This document shows positions 35,641 through 48,059 of a DNA stretch of 64,000 nt, piece by piece. A program made the position numbers and the translations under genes. The notes under the pieces were generated by a model. That model did no database searches and was not told the origin of the DNA. It saw nothing but the letters and a program-made list of their open reading frames with translations. Source of the stretch: Moniliella sp. 'wahieum' (Eukaryota). The number at the start of each line of letters is the position of its first letter. The first letter of the stretch is position 1. The stretch spans positions 186,001 through 250,000 of the forward strand of contig RSEE01000076.1 in NCBI GenBank assembly GCA_003971905.1. Direction: 5' to 3'.

Positions 35641-38038
35641 CTACGTAGGCGTATTTAGGTGGACGTGGAGAGGCAATGCAACAGGGAACTTTGAACTTTC
35701 CGCCTCGTTAACGCGAAGGGGGCGCTGCCGCCGCGGGCGAGACGAAGGCAAAGGTGCACTCCGCTCAAGACAGGCGGAAGCTGGGAGGGGGCCATCGAAG
35801 CCCCGGTCGATGAAGGACGAGAGGCATCTACGTTGGAGGAGGAGGGAATTGTACTCGTCATGCGTGGCACGCGGGCGAGGGGGAGGGGGCGGAGAAGGGG
35901 GGGAAGCAGTTTGTAACAGGGAAGGGGCCGGACGAGTGCGGGAAGACACAGACACGCGGGCGTCAGGCACTTGAATGGGGGGGGGGCGGTGGCGGTAGAT
36001 GAGTCCGAGTCGAGCCGGATAGGTGGGTCTCGCGGAGGCAACGAAAAGCCCGACGAGATCGAGTCGTCAATGGCTCGCGGGGTCGCCAGCGGTTCAGGGG
36101 CAACGGAGGTGGCGCGCTGGGGACGGGGCCGAAGGCTGGGCAGGTGCAGGACTAAACGGCCCATAACTCACCGGGTTCACTAGCGCACTGAGCTGGCCTA
36201 AGCTGAGGTTGTCCAACCCTGTGCGAAGCGCATGCAAGCCTGGTGACGCCGGCACCAGGTCTGGGTACCCCCCCGTGACACCCGCAGGACTGGTAGCGGA
36301 CAAGCTGCTGGTCGAAGCCGATGCGCTGGCAGCAGCATGACTCGCAGTGGAAGCCCGGAGACAGAACGGGACAAGAGCTCAGAGTTGTCCTCGGAAGGGC
36401 GTTGGTAACTCAGGTCCACTCCTGTCGACCAGCCTGACCAGCCGGCGCTAGCGCCACCCTCACTCGGGGCACTTGCCCCTTCCTCCTCCCCTTCCCTATC
36501 CCTTTCTCGTTGTACTCGTTGTCGTCTTCCTCCCCTTCGTCATCATCATCATCGTCGTCATCGTCGTCGTCGTCGTTGTCCGAGCCCTCGTTCAGCATCT
36601 CATCGATCGTCTGCATCACTTCCTCGAACTGCGCCCGCAGAATGGCTTGTCCCTCTGGAACGCTTCCATCGGCCGCAAGCCATTTGCGCACGCCCGTGTC
36701 CTTGCCGTCTTTGTCTTTGATCTCGGTTCGCATCGCGTCAATCTGGTGGAGGGCAAGGCGGTAGGGATACAGGTCGCGCATCGTGTACGGCCCGCCGTAC
36801 TTGGACACCTCCTTGAGACACTTGGAAATTGTTGACAATTGTTGCTCACCGGCATCAACTCTTCGCCAATCGGCTCACTCGATGCCACGAGGCGGTAGAT
36901 CAGACCGTAGCAGCGACGCAGGAGATACAAAAGAACAGGTTGGCCCTCAGGTTGCTTGCCCTCGGCATCGACAAACTTGCCATTCACCCGCAGCCGATCA
37001 ATCTTTGAGCGTCACTTGGTAATTCCACAGATCCGTTCTCGAAGGGTCCATCGATGGGTGAGCACAAGGTGCTCCAACTCCTTCTTGATCCCCACCAAGC
37101 GGTCATAGATGGGCTGCAGGGTCATGGGCACCTCGTCGTTGCGCACATTAATTTCGTGGCAAATCTCAAAGCATTCCTCCAAGATGCCTACCAGGATCGC
37201 TTGGCCGGCCGGGACACTGGATCCACCCGGACCTAAGAACTTGCCATCGACGCGCGCTTTCCATCGATCCGACGCAGCTCTTCTTGCAACTGTTTGATCT
37301 CGGCCGCGGGATCTTGGGCTTGGCTGCAGCTGCGATGATCTGCCTCCGGACAGCAATCAGGCGTTTGTGGATGGGGACCAGTTCGACCGACAAGACCTTG
37401 AGGGTGCTCTGCAAGTTCTTCAGAACCCGATCGCAATTTTCCAACTTGCGCATCATGAGCTTGGTCAGTGCAGGCGGGTGTTTGCCCAGGTCAGCATCTT
37501 TGCGAATCATCGCACGCAGTTGCGCCAACCGCGACGCAAACGGTTCCAGATCCGCTTCAGTGTAGACCCCGCCCTCGCTCAAATGGTCCAGCAGCTGTTT
37601 CATGCAACTCAGCTGGCAGAACGCGGCGGGTGTCTCCGGTTCCTACCAATCGTGAGGAAGAAAAGGGAGAGAAGGGAAAAGACACGTTCAGGTGTCGTCT
37701 ACCCGGTTGAGCGCAGGACGTCTGGGTAGGTGTGGCTTCCTGCAAGGCCGAGGGGGCAGGGCTGTCGGTCGCAGCGGCCACGGTATCTGCGGCGGAAGAG
37801 GGCGGGCAGTCGGGAGCAGGATCGCCGTCGGGAGAAGAGGCAGTGTCGGCGGCCGCTTCGTCGCGCACGGCGTTGAGGCGGGTGACCTGCTTAATCACGG
37901 CCTTGTAGATGTCGAGCACATCGTGGGCACGAATGTACTCGCCAGAGTCCTTCTGAGGGCTGTGAGACGGTTGCGGATGTGGACGAGGGCCTCGAGGATG
38001 GGGAGCTCAGCAGCGGGGATGGCAGAGGCGACGGGCAT
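35641..38038 (-). CDS. CUB1: Cub1/YPL260W-like protein (UPF0662, DUF2408)
   Basis: IPAAELPILEALVHIRNRLTAL; MKQLLDHLSEGGVY; LKVLSVELVPIHKRL; GQAILVGILEECFEI; LTHRWTLRE; LYLLRRCYGLIYRL..SSEP. 3' end approximate. Confidence 0.8.
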
Positions 38039-38490
38039 GAGCCGGTGGAGAGGCGGTGGTGGTGGGGTGGTGTGGTGTGGTACGAGAGTGTGGTGATGCC
38101 GGTGATGATTCATCCGTGCCCCGAGGCCATGCCAGGGACTGCCAGCAGCCGCCGCGAGACAGCCCAATGCCCGCCGGGGGGTTCGGGGCGCGGGTGGGGC
38201 AGGCACTGGCGCAGTGTAGCGCTGGCCCCGGCACACACGCCGCTGGGCCGCGGGTGCGGGCGGCGGCATAATGCAACGCAGGCACACTGGCGCAGTGCAC
38301 CCCCTCCAGCATGCATCCCACCCATCACCCATCCCCACGCCCAGCGCTGATCCCCCGCTTCCAACTTTCAGGTGCGCTTGGGCTGCCCTGCCCCTTGCGC
38401 CAGCATGCATCATGCATCCCGCATCATCCATCCCTCGCATGCGCCACCACCGACCCCTCCCCCCCCACCACCCCTCGGGCCGTCGCCACG

Positions 38491-40579
38491 ATGGACGATG
38501 CGCTGCTGGGCGCCCAGCTCCAAGCTGCCGCCGCGGAGCTCCTTCCCCACCGCCCTCCCTCGGCCGGGCCCAACAGCAACCCCTCTTCTCCCTCAGTCCT
38601 CCTCGCCTCCCCACCGCCCTGGCCCAACTCGGCCTCGACACGCGCACCAGCGACGCCGATGCACTGCGTCTGCTGAAGCGCCAGCAATCCATACGCGCCT
38701 CAGTCCGCCGCCGCTCTCCTTGCTGCCGGAGGGCGTCCGGCTCCCGCCATCGCGCACTCCCGACATCTTTGCCACCGCCCTCACCTCTTAATCTCGCTAG
38801 CCCCCTGTCCTCTGCGTCTCCTACCTATCCTGCCTCTTCCCGGCTCGTGCGCCTGCCCAATGATGGTCCCGATGCTCCTCCATCCCGCACGTCAACCCCT
38901 CAGGTTGCACCCCCTCATCGCGCTGAGACGATGCCCGATGAGCGACTGTATGCTTCCACCGCACTCGGCGTGCCCCGCACCCCGAGTCCACGCCTGCCGC
39001 GTGCCCCTTCTCCCGGCTCGCCCAGCCACCCAAGTCCACTGTCTCTGCAGCAGAGTCCGCGGTCCCAGCGAGATGAAGAACGGGGACACGCCTCACGTCT
39101 CCCTATGGCCACGTACCCTTCCGCCCCGGACCCGATCGGCCTGGCAGCCGAACCCCCATCGGTCGCACCAAGTCCCCCCTCTTGGACGACGCCTTTAAGG
39201 GCATCTGGCTCAACTCGCGGGGTGAAAAAGTGGTGGAGGGGCAGGTGGTGGGCACACTGGACTTGGCGCCCTACCGATCCCGTCCTACCTCGCCTCAGTC
39301 CCACCACGGTCTGAGTCCCGCTTTCACCCGGCTGCCCTCGCCGCTATCGAGCGACAAGTCGTCTGCGTGGAAACTGTTGGAAGAGACACCAGGCTCGCGC
39401 GACCCCCACCTCTCAAGCTCAGCATGCGTATACCCCCCTTTTTCACCCACACTTTTCCCCATGCCATCCCCGGTCGACGGGGCAGCCTGGACTTGAGCAA
39501 CCCGACGGCCGCGCGCAATCTTCTAGTCCCACAAAGAACGATAAGAGAGGCAAGTCCAAGATGCCGTTCTGCTTCAGTCCCATCCGATGCCTGCGGCAGC
39601 TCTGCGAGCACGGATATTCTCAGCCCCCTGCACCATCGTCGGATACCTTACTTTTACTGCCCGACCCGGAGCGTGGCGAGCGTGATTCGCGTTCGGTGCC
39701 TACCACACCCCACCTGGGCCGGTCGAGGAGCACTACGCCTGTGCCCCTTTTGTCCGACGGGATGTCTTCGTCGGGTGTGGCGTGGGCGTCGGAGTGGAAC
39801 CGTCTTCTTCTCAGGTTGGTAGCCGCTGCCAACCCACCACAACCCGACTCGCAACCCGACTCGCAACCCCACGATCGCCTCGAACCTCATTCTCGTCGTA
39901 GCTCTGCCTCATCGGCTGCCTCCTCTCTCGTCTCGCTTCCGGTATCGGTGGTGACAGTTGCATCTGAGGGTCCGTTTGCCGAGCCCCGTCGGCGGCCAGC
40001 CAAGTGGGCCACGTGGTTTGCCGGGGTGGGTACCAACCTGTTTGGTGCGCGTGCGCCCGCTCCGCCGGCTCCGTCCGCTCCCGCCGCCTCGGGCGCATAT
40101 TTACCCACGAGGTGCGCATCCGGGGCTGGTCCGAAGTAGGTGGGGGGTGGGCGGGTTCGTGGTCTATCATGTTGTGATTGTGCTCAAGACGGGTCGAAGA
40201 TTGAGTTGGTAAAGCGGTACTCGTCGTTTGTTCGGCTGCGGCAAGCGTTAGCGACGGAACGGCCGGATGCGGCGGGGCAGACTACCACTCGATCGGCACG
40301 TCCGCGTTTGCCCGCCTTGCCTCCTAACACCCGCTACACAAGTATGCGGCTACGTATCTCGAGACGCGACGACGTACGTTCTGCTGCTCTGTTGTTGAGT
40401 GCTGACTAGGGACTAGTTATTGGTTATTGCTGCCAAGTCTGCCCTCTGCCCCGTACTGAGTACTGATACTGACCTTGATCTTCCCCGGCGCACTCCAAAC
40501 GTGGCTTAACACAATCATGCTGGACCCGGTTTGGGCCTCGTGCGCTTCGTTGCAAGAGTGGATTGTGGATGCTGGGTAA
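38491..40579 (+). CDS. PX (phox homology) domain protein, Ypt35-like, with long low-complexity N-terminus
   Basis: FVVYHVVIVLK.GSKIELVKRYSSFVRLRQAL..LPALPP, and a final exon LQTWLNTIMLDP..SLQEWI typical of PX domains. Confidence 0.7.
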
Positions 40580-42918
40580 GACCGATAAGAGCCAAGAGCG
40601 GGTTCGGCCGAGACGGCACCCCGGCTGCCCACACGCGCGGTAATAGTGACACGTGATACGCATGCTCTGCCTTTTGGCGTTCGGATCCGAGTACCGATTC
40701 TTTACCCCTTAGATATCCCCGCCTAACCTTGTTGGTTCTGAATTGGACTGTCGACGTTGCGTTGATGATGCAAGATGCATGATGATGATGACGGATGGAT
40801 GGATGGATGGTGGATGCTGGAGAGTTCTGAGATGACGGATGCTCGATGCACCCCTTGAAGCTTGACCTCCATAAGCTCCCATGCATCCTGGTCGATGGTG
40901 TGTGTAAGATGAGGCCATGGGCGAGGGGTGCGATCGAAAGGTGACCGTGAGAGGGCGAGGAGGCCGTCACCGCGTCACCTGAGAGCGGTCGGGATCGTCG
41001 AGAACGTTACGGCGTTTGCGTAAGCGTTTAGACTTTAACGTTTTAGCGTTTAAGGTTTAACCCCCGCATAGCTACGAGCTTGCAAAATGGGCTGGAGACC
41101 TGTGCACTCAAAATGTGTACAAGAGAATCTGAGCAAAGTGAGAGAAGCTTTTATATAAGTTCTGATGTCAGGCCGGCTAAGCGCTAATCCAATCTTACGT
41201 GCCAGAGGGAGAGAAAAGGGAGAAGGAGAGGGAGAGGCGCGCCGCTGTCTGGCTGGATTCGGTAGGCTCGGGTCGCAGAACGCAGCGGCTCTTCACTTAG
41301 CGCTTACTGGGCTTTTGGCGCTTAGCGCTTAGCTTACCGGTTACCGGTTACCAGCGACTTGGCTGGTACAACCATGCCAACTGAGTGGTGCCACATGCCA
41401 TTTCGCATAATACACTCTAACAGATGGCGAAGATAATGCTAGAGATGCTAGAGATGCTAGAGATGCTACACATTGGGGGGGGCCGTGGGGTGTAATGGCA
41501 CCGGTACCCCAAGCGTGTGGTCCCCCGTTCCGTGCATTCCTTCCAATATTCCTTCCTGGAGGGCAGGAATATTCTCTGGATATAGCCTCTGTAGCTCATG
41601 TGCAATGCCAAATACACCATCATGTCAACTGTGCCCGCAATGCTCTCTGTCTTCTACAAAGAAATGGAATAGATGTAACAGATGGACAGAACAGATGGAA
41701 CAGTTGAATGGAACAGCAGAACGTGTGCGTGGATGCATCTGGCATCTGGCATCTCTATCTCCCCATACGGGGGGCAGCACTACGCCCCTCTGACAACGCG
41801 AGCTTCTCTGGTGCTCGGGACTCAGTACTCAGTGTACTCACACGCGTTTTTCCGGGGGCTTTCCTTTTCGGGGAATTGAGGTGGGGGGAGCCGGTGGCCT
41901 TGTCCCGTAGGGTCTTTCTAGGACGCCCGCAGGTCTCGCCGCCATCGCCGCGCCCATGTCCGGGAGAGTGGGCTGGTGCGGTGTGCTGCATGATTGGCTG
42001 GGATCACGATCACGCGTCACGCCGATCATGATCGATTACGTCGATCACATGGGACATGTGATGTCGCAGCCCGTGTCACGTATATCACATGTCACATGTC
42101 ATATTCATATGGCATGCCAGGGCATGCCCGCCTTGCCTGCCGCCTGCCGCCCCGCCTGCCCAGCCACGGCCAGCCTCCTTTGCAATAGTGATACACTAAT
42201 CGACACGCCAAGCCATGGCTGGCACGGACATGACATTCACATTGCTCTGGGCCCCCGTGCGTATGAGCAGCAGTCTGTCTGCCCTGCGGCCTCGCGCAAG
42301 CAAGCGCGCACCAGCGGGTATAGCACGCCGCGGAGCCGCTGAGCGACTTGGCGCTCGCTTCTCACCACTGGTACTAGTTGCTGACGCTCAGCCCTCCCCG
42401 CTCGCTTCTCATCAACTCATCACTCGCGGCTTGCTCAGTATTCGGGACGCACCACTGGGCGCCTGATGGGTGCGATATCTGGTTGGCTGGGCCCAAACCG
42501 CCATATATCAATCCCGCGGCTCAACGTTTAACGTTTTAACGTTCAACAGTGCCCAGACGCCGTGGTTTCGGCAGCGATTTCCGTCTTCTTACATGGCCGA
42601 CGGCCATACCCACGGAACGTCGACCCAGCTTGTGGTGCGGGGCCCCTCAGGCCCTTCAGGCCGCAGGATAACGCGCCACAGGGTCACGGTCACGGGCCAC
42701 AGGGTTTCGGGCTGCAGGGTCTCGAGCTAACCTGTCTAGCCCGAGCGAGAGACTGGTCACTACTGACCCATATGTCCGCCCAATCAGCCCATCTTTTTGT
42801 CATTTCCTCTGCGTGGCAAGTCCTTGCGGACATCCTCTGCTTTACTCTTAAACCCCCTCGCCACCCCCCTTTGACCTTCCTACTCCACACGCGTCGCTAC
42901 ACTTTTGCCCCCACCTCC

Positions 42919-43948
42919 ATGAAACACGTACCGGTCCACGGCTATTACTGGGTGCTGCCTGTCCTCACCGCCTTGGTGTGGTTCGCCACCCTGGTGACCA
43001 TGCTGGGTCTCTGGGCCCACGATGGCCACCGAAGATACAAGGACGATGAGCCCATTCCTGTCTTCCTCTCTGATGTCGGCGCTGCCCACCACCATGCATT
43101 TGAGGGTTTGTGCATCACCACCGCTGCCCTCTACATGGCTACCATTCTCACCGAACGATGGTTGCGCCACCGTCGCCGCATCCCTGGTTCCATCCGGCCC
43201 ATTTCCACCTATTTTGACTGGGCTTGTGTGTTTTGCACGTGGATTGGCTGCCTTGCTCTCATGTTCCTGTCCATCTTTAACGCGTTCCAGTACAGTACTC
43301 CACGTACGTTTCCTTGCTTTTCTTTCTTGTTCCCCTGGGTCCTCTTGCTCCTTTTTGGCCGGGTGGGGGTACGAAGGAAACGTCCCCTTCGTACCCCTCC
43401 CCACCTGGCTGTCGTGCCCCTATGCTAGTGCCTGTGCTAATTTTCTTTTCGCGTTGCCTCTACCGTGCTCAACAGATTGGACAATGACCGTGGTCTTTCT
43501 CGTGGGCATCTTGCTTGGTGTCTTTTTCCAATGTTGCGAGATCTACACCTTGGCCAAATCGCACCGTGGAACCGACCAAAAAGTGTTCCATACGCTGTTT
43601 ATTATTGGCACGGTCAAAGCAAGTATGTTGGCCGTTGCCATCAGTTTGGCCATCACCTTTGCCGCGCTCTACCACTACTGCGACGGCAAGACCACCTCGC
43701 CTAAGCACTCCAACTGCGTCACGGTCACTGATACCGCAGCGGGCATCGAATGGACATTGGGATTTGTCCTGTTTGTCTATTACTTTAGCCATGTGGCCGA
43801 CTTTTGGGATGCGCGTCACCGCTACAACCTCATGCCTCCCCCTCAGCCGGAAGAGGTGAGTGAAACGGAGGAGGTCAAGGTGGCCGACGAACAGCTCTAC
43901 TCGCTCTCCAAATCGGACGCGGCGGTGGCAGCCTCGTCCTGGGATTAG
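42919..43948 (+). CDS. SFK1: Frag1/DRAM/Sfk1 family membrane protein
   Basis: VLPVLTALVWFATLVTMLGLW..VFLSDVGA..ERWLRHRRRI..LSIFN..; intron about 43305-43475; AAGIEWTLGFVLFVY. Confidence 0.85.
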
Positions 43949-44280
43949 ACTACATCATTCCTAGCTTCGAGTTGACGGCTCGTTTCCCCCAACGCCTCTC
44001 TCACCTATTCTGCTCCCGGCTTGATTACCTTCTTCGTCTCTTCGTCTTCGTCTTCGTCTTCGCCATCGTCTTCGCCTTCGCCTTTGCCTTCACCTCTCTC
44101 GCTCCCGCAGTTTCACTTGCCCGAACGTTTTGTTTCTGAAAGGAAGAGACGGATCCCCCTCTCCCATTGGGAGAGCAGGAGGAGGGATCCGCGTTGCCCA
44201 ATGCCCCTGACCTGGTTATTTGTCTTGTGGGACCACAGCTGTATTATGGTCAGTTGTACACTTGACCTCTCTAAATCTCT

Positions 44281-45010
44281 CTTCTGCATCCATATCATTA
44301 TTGAAAGAGCTTAAGGCTGGGACAGGGAAACGCTATACGCCTCTCTTCTCTTCATCCATACCATTGACAGAGCTTAAGGCTGGGACAGGGAAACGCTACG
44401 CCTAAACCGACCCGTTCACCTTGCGTGTGTTGCTTAGTAGCGCCACCCCTCCGTTAAGGAACCAGGGGAATCGCCAGGAGATCAGGACCCTCTGGTGCCC
44501 GCCATCCGTTCCCACACCCGAGGTAGTGCGTGTGGACACGGATGAACGTGGTTGACATCCGAATGAGGAACCATTTCCATGGAGAGTCAATAGCCAAACC
44601 CTTCCAGTGCGCAAACATCTCTTGCCCGCTGTCTTGGTTCCGTAGTATCATCGCGTCGTCAAAACCAGGGGGAAAACGGCTCTTGAGTGCGTCCCCGTCC
44701 TTGGCGTTCTTGTCGCATTCTGCTTGTTCCAGCAGCCGAAGCAGCTCCTTCCCCCGGCGTTCCAGAGGCGTCGCGGTGCTGTAATGCACCACCCTCCGGT
44801 ACGCACTCTGCGCCTCCTGCGTTCCCGTGTCGCGCAGCGGGTGGTCCACCTCCATTCCTGATCATCCGATTGCTCCAGACCCCATCACGCGGTAGTTGGT
44901 GCGCTGTGCCCTCCGTCCGCACCTCGTCCCACCCTCTAATAAAGTGTGATGGGTATACAGATAGGTTGATCAGGCTGATCCAGGACGCCTCAGTGCGCTG
45001 GGTCATTGGG
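44281..45010 (-). repeat. Fragment C (longest) of the dispersed degenerate coding repeat, with an internal tandem duplication of about 63 bp
   Basis: Homologous to 32703-33050, 8150-8222 and 62480-62600. Residual frames QSAYRRVVHY, FPPGFDD..QDSGQEMFAHW, GVAFPCPSLKLCQWYG. Confidence 0.85.
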
Positions 45011-46209
45011 CAAGGCATTCCGGACGCGCTCCCGGCCTCCTCTCCCGGCCTCCCCTTCCTCTCCTTTACTTCGTGTTCAGTGTGTGTCGCGGCCACCACG
45101 CTTGTCGCACTTCACTCGATTCAGTACTTTACTATCGCCCTTATTTTCTGGTTTGCTACTCAGGAAGACACTAACCATGAGTGCGGCTAGTATGAGACCC
45201 ACAGCGCAAAACAGTAACTGTCTCTAATACCTCGTCTGTTTAGCTCCTGTGGGCTTTGGTGAGATCCAATCGCTAGTCGACACAATACACAATATTTGGC
45301 CACAGTGACGTATTGAGCTTCCTTTTCTTTCTTCCTTCCTTCCCTGCCTGACTAGTGACTGCCCTCAAAAGTGCTAAACGAGCTGCTAAATTCGCTCATC
45401 TCTTCGCTTGCGACCTTCCAAATAAACGAGAGGGCATCCCTGCGACCAAGGTTGCTTTGGCGAAAGGTACTGGAATATATCCTTCTTGCCCATATTACTA
45501 CTCTGCCTTACTAGGGGAGAGTAAGAGAAGGTTGTTTGGGGGTTGTAGCATCGGGGTATCTGGCCCGGCCTGGGCCACAGTAAGTTCTCGCTCACACGGA
45601 GGATGAGGACGGCGAGGTCTCACCAAATCGGATTGCCATGTAGTAAGTAGCTTACACGCAGAGAACAGGTAGGGTGGGATTCGCGTCGACCGCCATTACT
45701 GCGGCAGCAGAAGAGAGAGATGATGCTATGGCCATGACCACTGGAGAACCCTGCTGAGCAAGCGGGATGCCATGGTACAGCCAACTAGAGATCATGATCA
45801 CGAACGTACCGGATTTGACCCAGACATGGGCTCACGCGCCGAAGTACAAGAGAAAAACGGAGAGAAGTAAACACTACTACACCGGTCCCCCTCGTCCACT
45901 TGCCGCCGCCAGCCTGGCCTAGAAGACGAGGAGGGCGGGTCGAAGGAGGAGGGGGTATTGAGATCCATCAGTTGATCGTCAAGCTTCATCGACCATCGAT
46001 CGACCATTGCTCATGCATCACGCATCACCCGTGGCAGATGGGAGGTGCGACGGTCAGATGTCACGTGTCACAACCCTAGCCGCCGAGCCCGGTGCACAGG
46101 CGGGACACTGACGTAGTGCTTTCCGCCCGCACGGACCGTTGCGCGGGCGAGCTGAGCCGCTGGAGCTTGCTGCCGCCCCACCACCGCCTCCCCCTGCCTG
46201 CCTGTGCCG

Positions 46210-47830
46210 ATGGAGAGCCTGGATTCGTCAGTGACGGCGTTGGCGGCGCTACTGCGCCAGACGCCGCCTGGGCAAGTGGCCAAGGTGTACCATGACCTGC
46301 GTCTGTTGCTCGAGGGCAGTGCGGTACCCGCTGCGTCGGAGCAGTTGCGCGCGGCAGCCTGGCCCGTGCTGAGCCAGTACAACACCGAGCAACTTATCAC
46401 TGTCAAGCCCCCCGACCAACCGGGCGCCGCGCCAGCCCATCCGCTCATCATTTCCCCCGCTGGAATCATCTCTCCCTCTACCACCGATGCCGACACGGAG
46501 GAGGCGGCACGCTTTGCCGACCCGCGCACCCAGACCAGTTATGCGTTTGACCCTCTCCGCTTGGTACGTTGGACATTGGGCCCTCTCCCCCCCTCTCCCC
46601 CTCCCTCCCAGCACGAACCAGGTCCTGGACTGACTCAAGGGCGTGTGTGAATGTCCTGCAGCGCTTGTCAGATCCACAGCCGATCGTAGTGAACGAGGCG
46701 TACGAGCAGTTACGCCAGGCCCTCGATACTGCCGCGAGCCAGTACGCGAGCCACTTTTACCAAGATGGCGTCACGTGCACCTTTGTCCAGGCCGCGGTCG
46801 AGCCCGAGGCAGAACCGGAGCCCGAGCTGCCGACGGAGCCAGCGGCGGATGGTGTGGATGGCGCAACGGAGGTTGAAGTCCAAGCGGAGAAGGAGGGCCA
46901 TGTACCGGTTCCCCAACCCGCGGAGGCAGAGGACGCTGACGTGGCTGGAGAGTCGGATCCGACGCTGGCAGCGCCCAAGGCGGAGTTGGAGACAGAGTCG
47001 TTCCAGGAGCAGGAGAAGGAGGAGGCGCAAGAGGAAGCACAGGACAAGGCGCAGGAGGAGGAGCAGGAGATACTTTCCTAGCCAAGGAATTGGAACAGAC
47101 TCACCTGGACCCTGAAGGCGCTGAGCAACAGGCCAAGATTGAGGCGATCGAGCGGGGTCAGCCTGGCGACCTCCCGAGCCCAGGAGAGGAAGGCAAGGCG
47201 GAGGAGCAAGTGGAAGCACAACCGAAGCGGAAGCCGAAGCGCAGCCCGTTTCGCCAGCTGCACCTCGCGTCCCCTCTGGCGCACCCACGTTTACCGTACA
47301 CTTGGTTGGCAACCGGTACAACCTGGTCAACTTTTGGGCTGGCCGGTGGCGCTCCAGCTACGTGTTGGCCCTGCCTAGTGCCGCGGAGGCCGCGGAGGCG
47401 GGGACGGAGATCAAGTCGGTAACGGTGCGGGGTACGGTGCAAGTGCATGTGCATTACTTTGAGGAGGGAAATGTCCAACTGTCTGCCGAGCATGCGCCCG
47501 TGCTCACCGTGCCGACGCAGGTGGATGTGGCAGCGGTGCTGGCTGGCTCGGCGGCGGGGGAGGCGTACACAACCTTAGCCAACGAGGTGGTGCGTGCGAT
47601 CAAGGCGGACGAGCAGGCGTACCATGCGGCACTGGAGACAACGCTGACCGAGTTGTCGGAACGTACGTTCCGCGCTCTGCGTCGGCAGCTGCCTGTCACC
47701 AAGCAGAAGGTTGACTGGAATCGGGTATGTGGCGCTCCTCCTCCTGTGGCGAGTTGTGGAACTGACGTGTAGGTACGTGCTTGTGTCGCAGGCGGTGAGC
47801 TACAATCTGGCGGACGACCTCAAACGGTAG
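46210..47830 (+). CDS. CAP1: F-actin capping protein alpha subunit
   Basis: LLRQTPPGQVAKVYHDLRLL; YNTEQLITV; LVGNRYNLVNFWAGRWRS; VQVHVHYFEEGNVQL; FRALRRQLPVTKQKVDW. Confidence 0.92.
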
Positions 47831-48059
47831 CGCTTGCTCCCTTCCAATCTACTAGTCTTCTCTCCATGCAAGGCAGAGACCATTTGTTACAGCGTTGGTA
47901 TGAACATGACACAGAAGCACGTGGCAGGGGTGAGGTGAGGAGAGAGGCAGCTGGTCCCGGCCATGGACGAGTGCAAGGCAAGTTAAGAATAGAACAGGCA
48001 TATAGGGGCAAGTGAACTGCACAAAAGAAGTTCCAGTCTCAATCACATCACGGTCCATC

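Noticed and set aside
44281..44403. Repeat-spacer-repeat pattern resembling a CRISPR array (26-nt repeat, 37-nt gap)
   Set aside because: Only two units; the 'spacer' is itself homologous to the sequence before the first repeat (tandem duplication); eukaryotic context; no cas genes.
17161..47830. Actin/dynactin gene cluster (ARP1 relic, RVS167, CAP1)
   Set aside because: Widely spaced and interleaved with unrelated genes; no evidence beyond coincidence.
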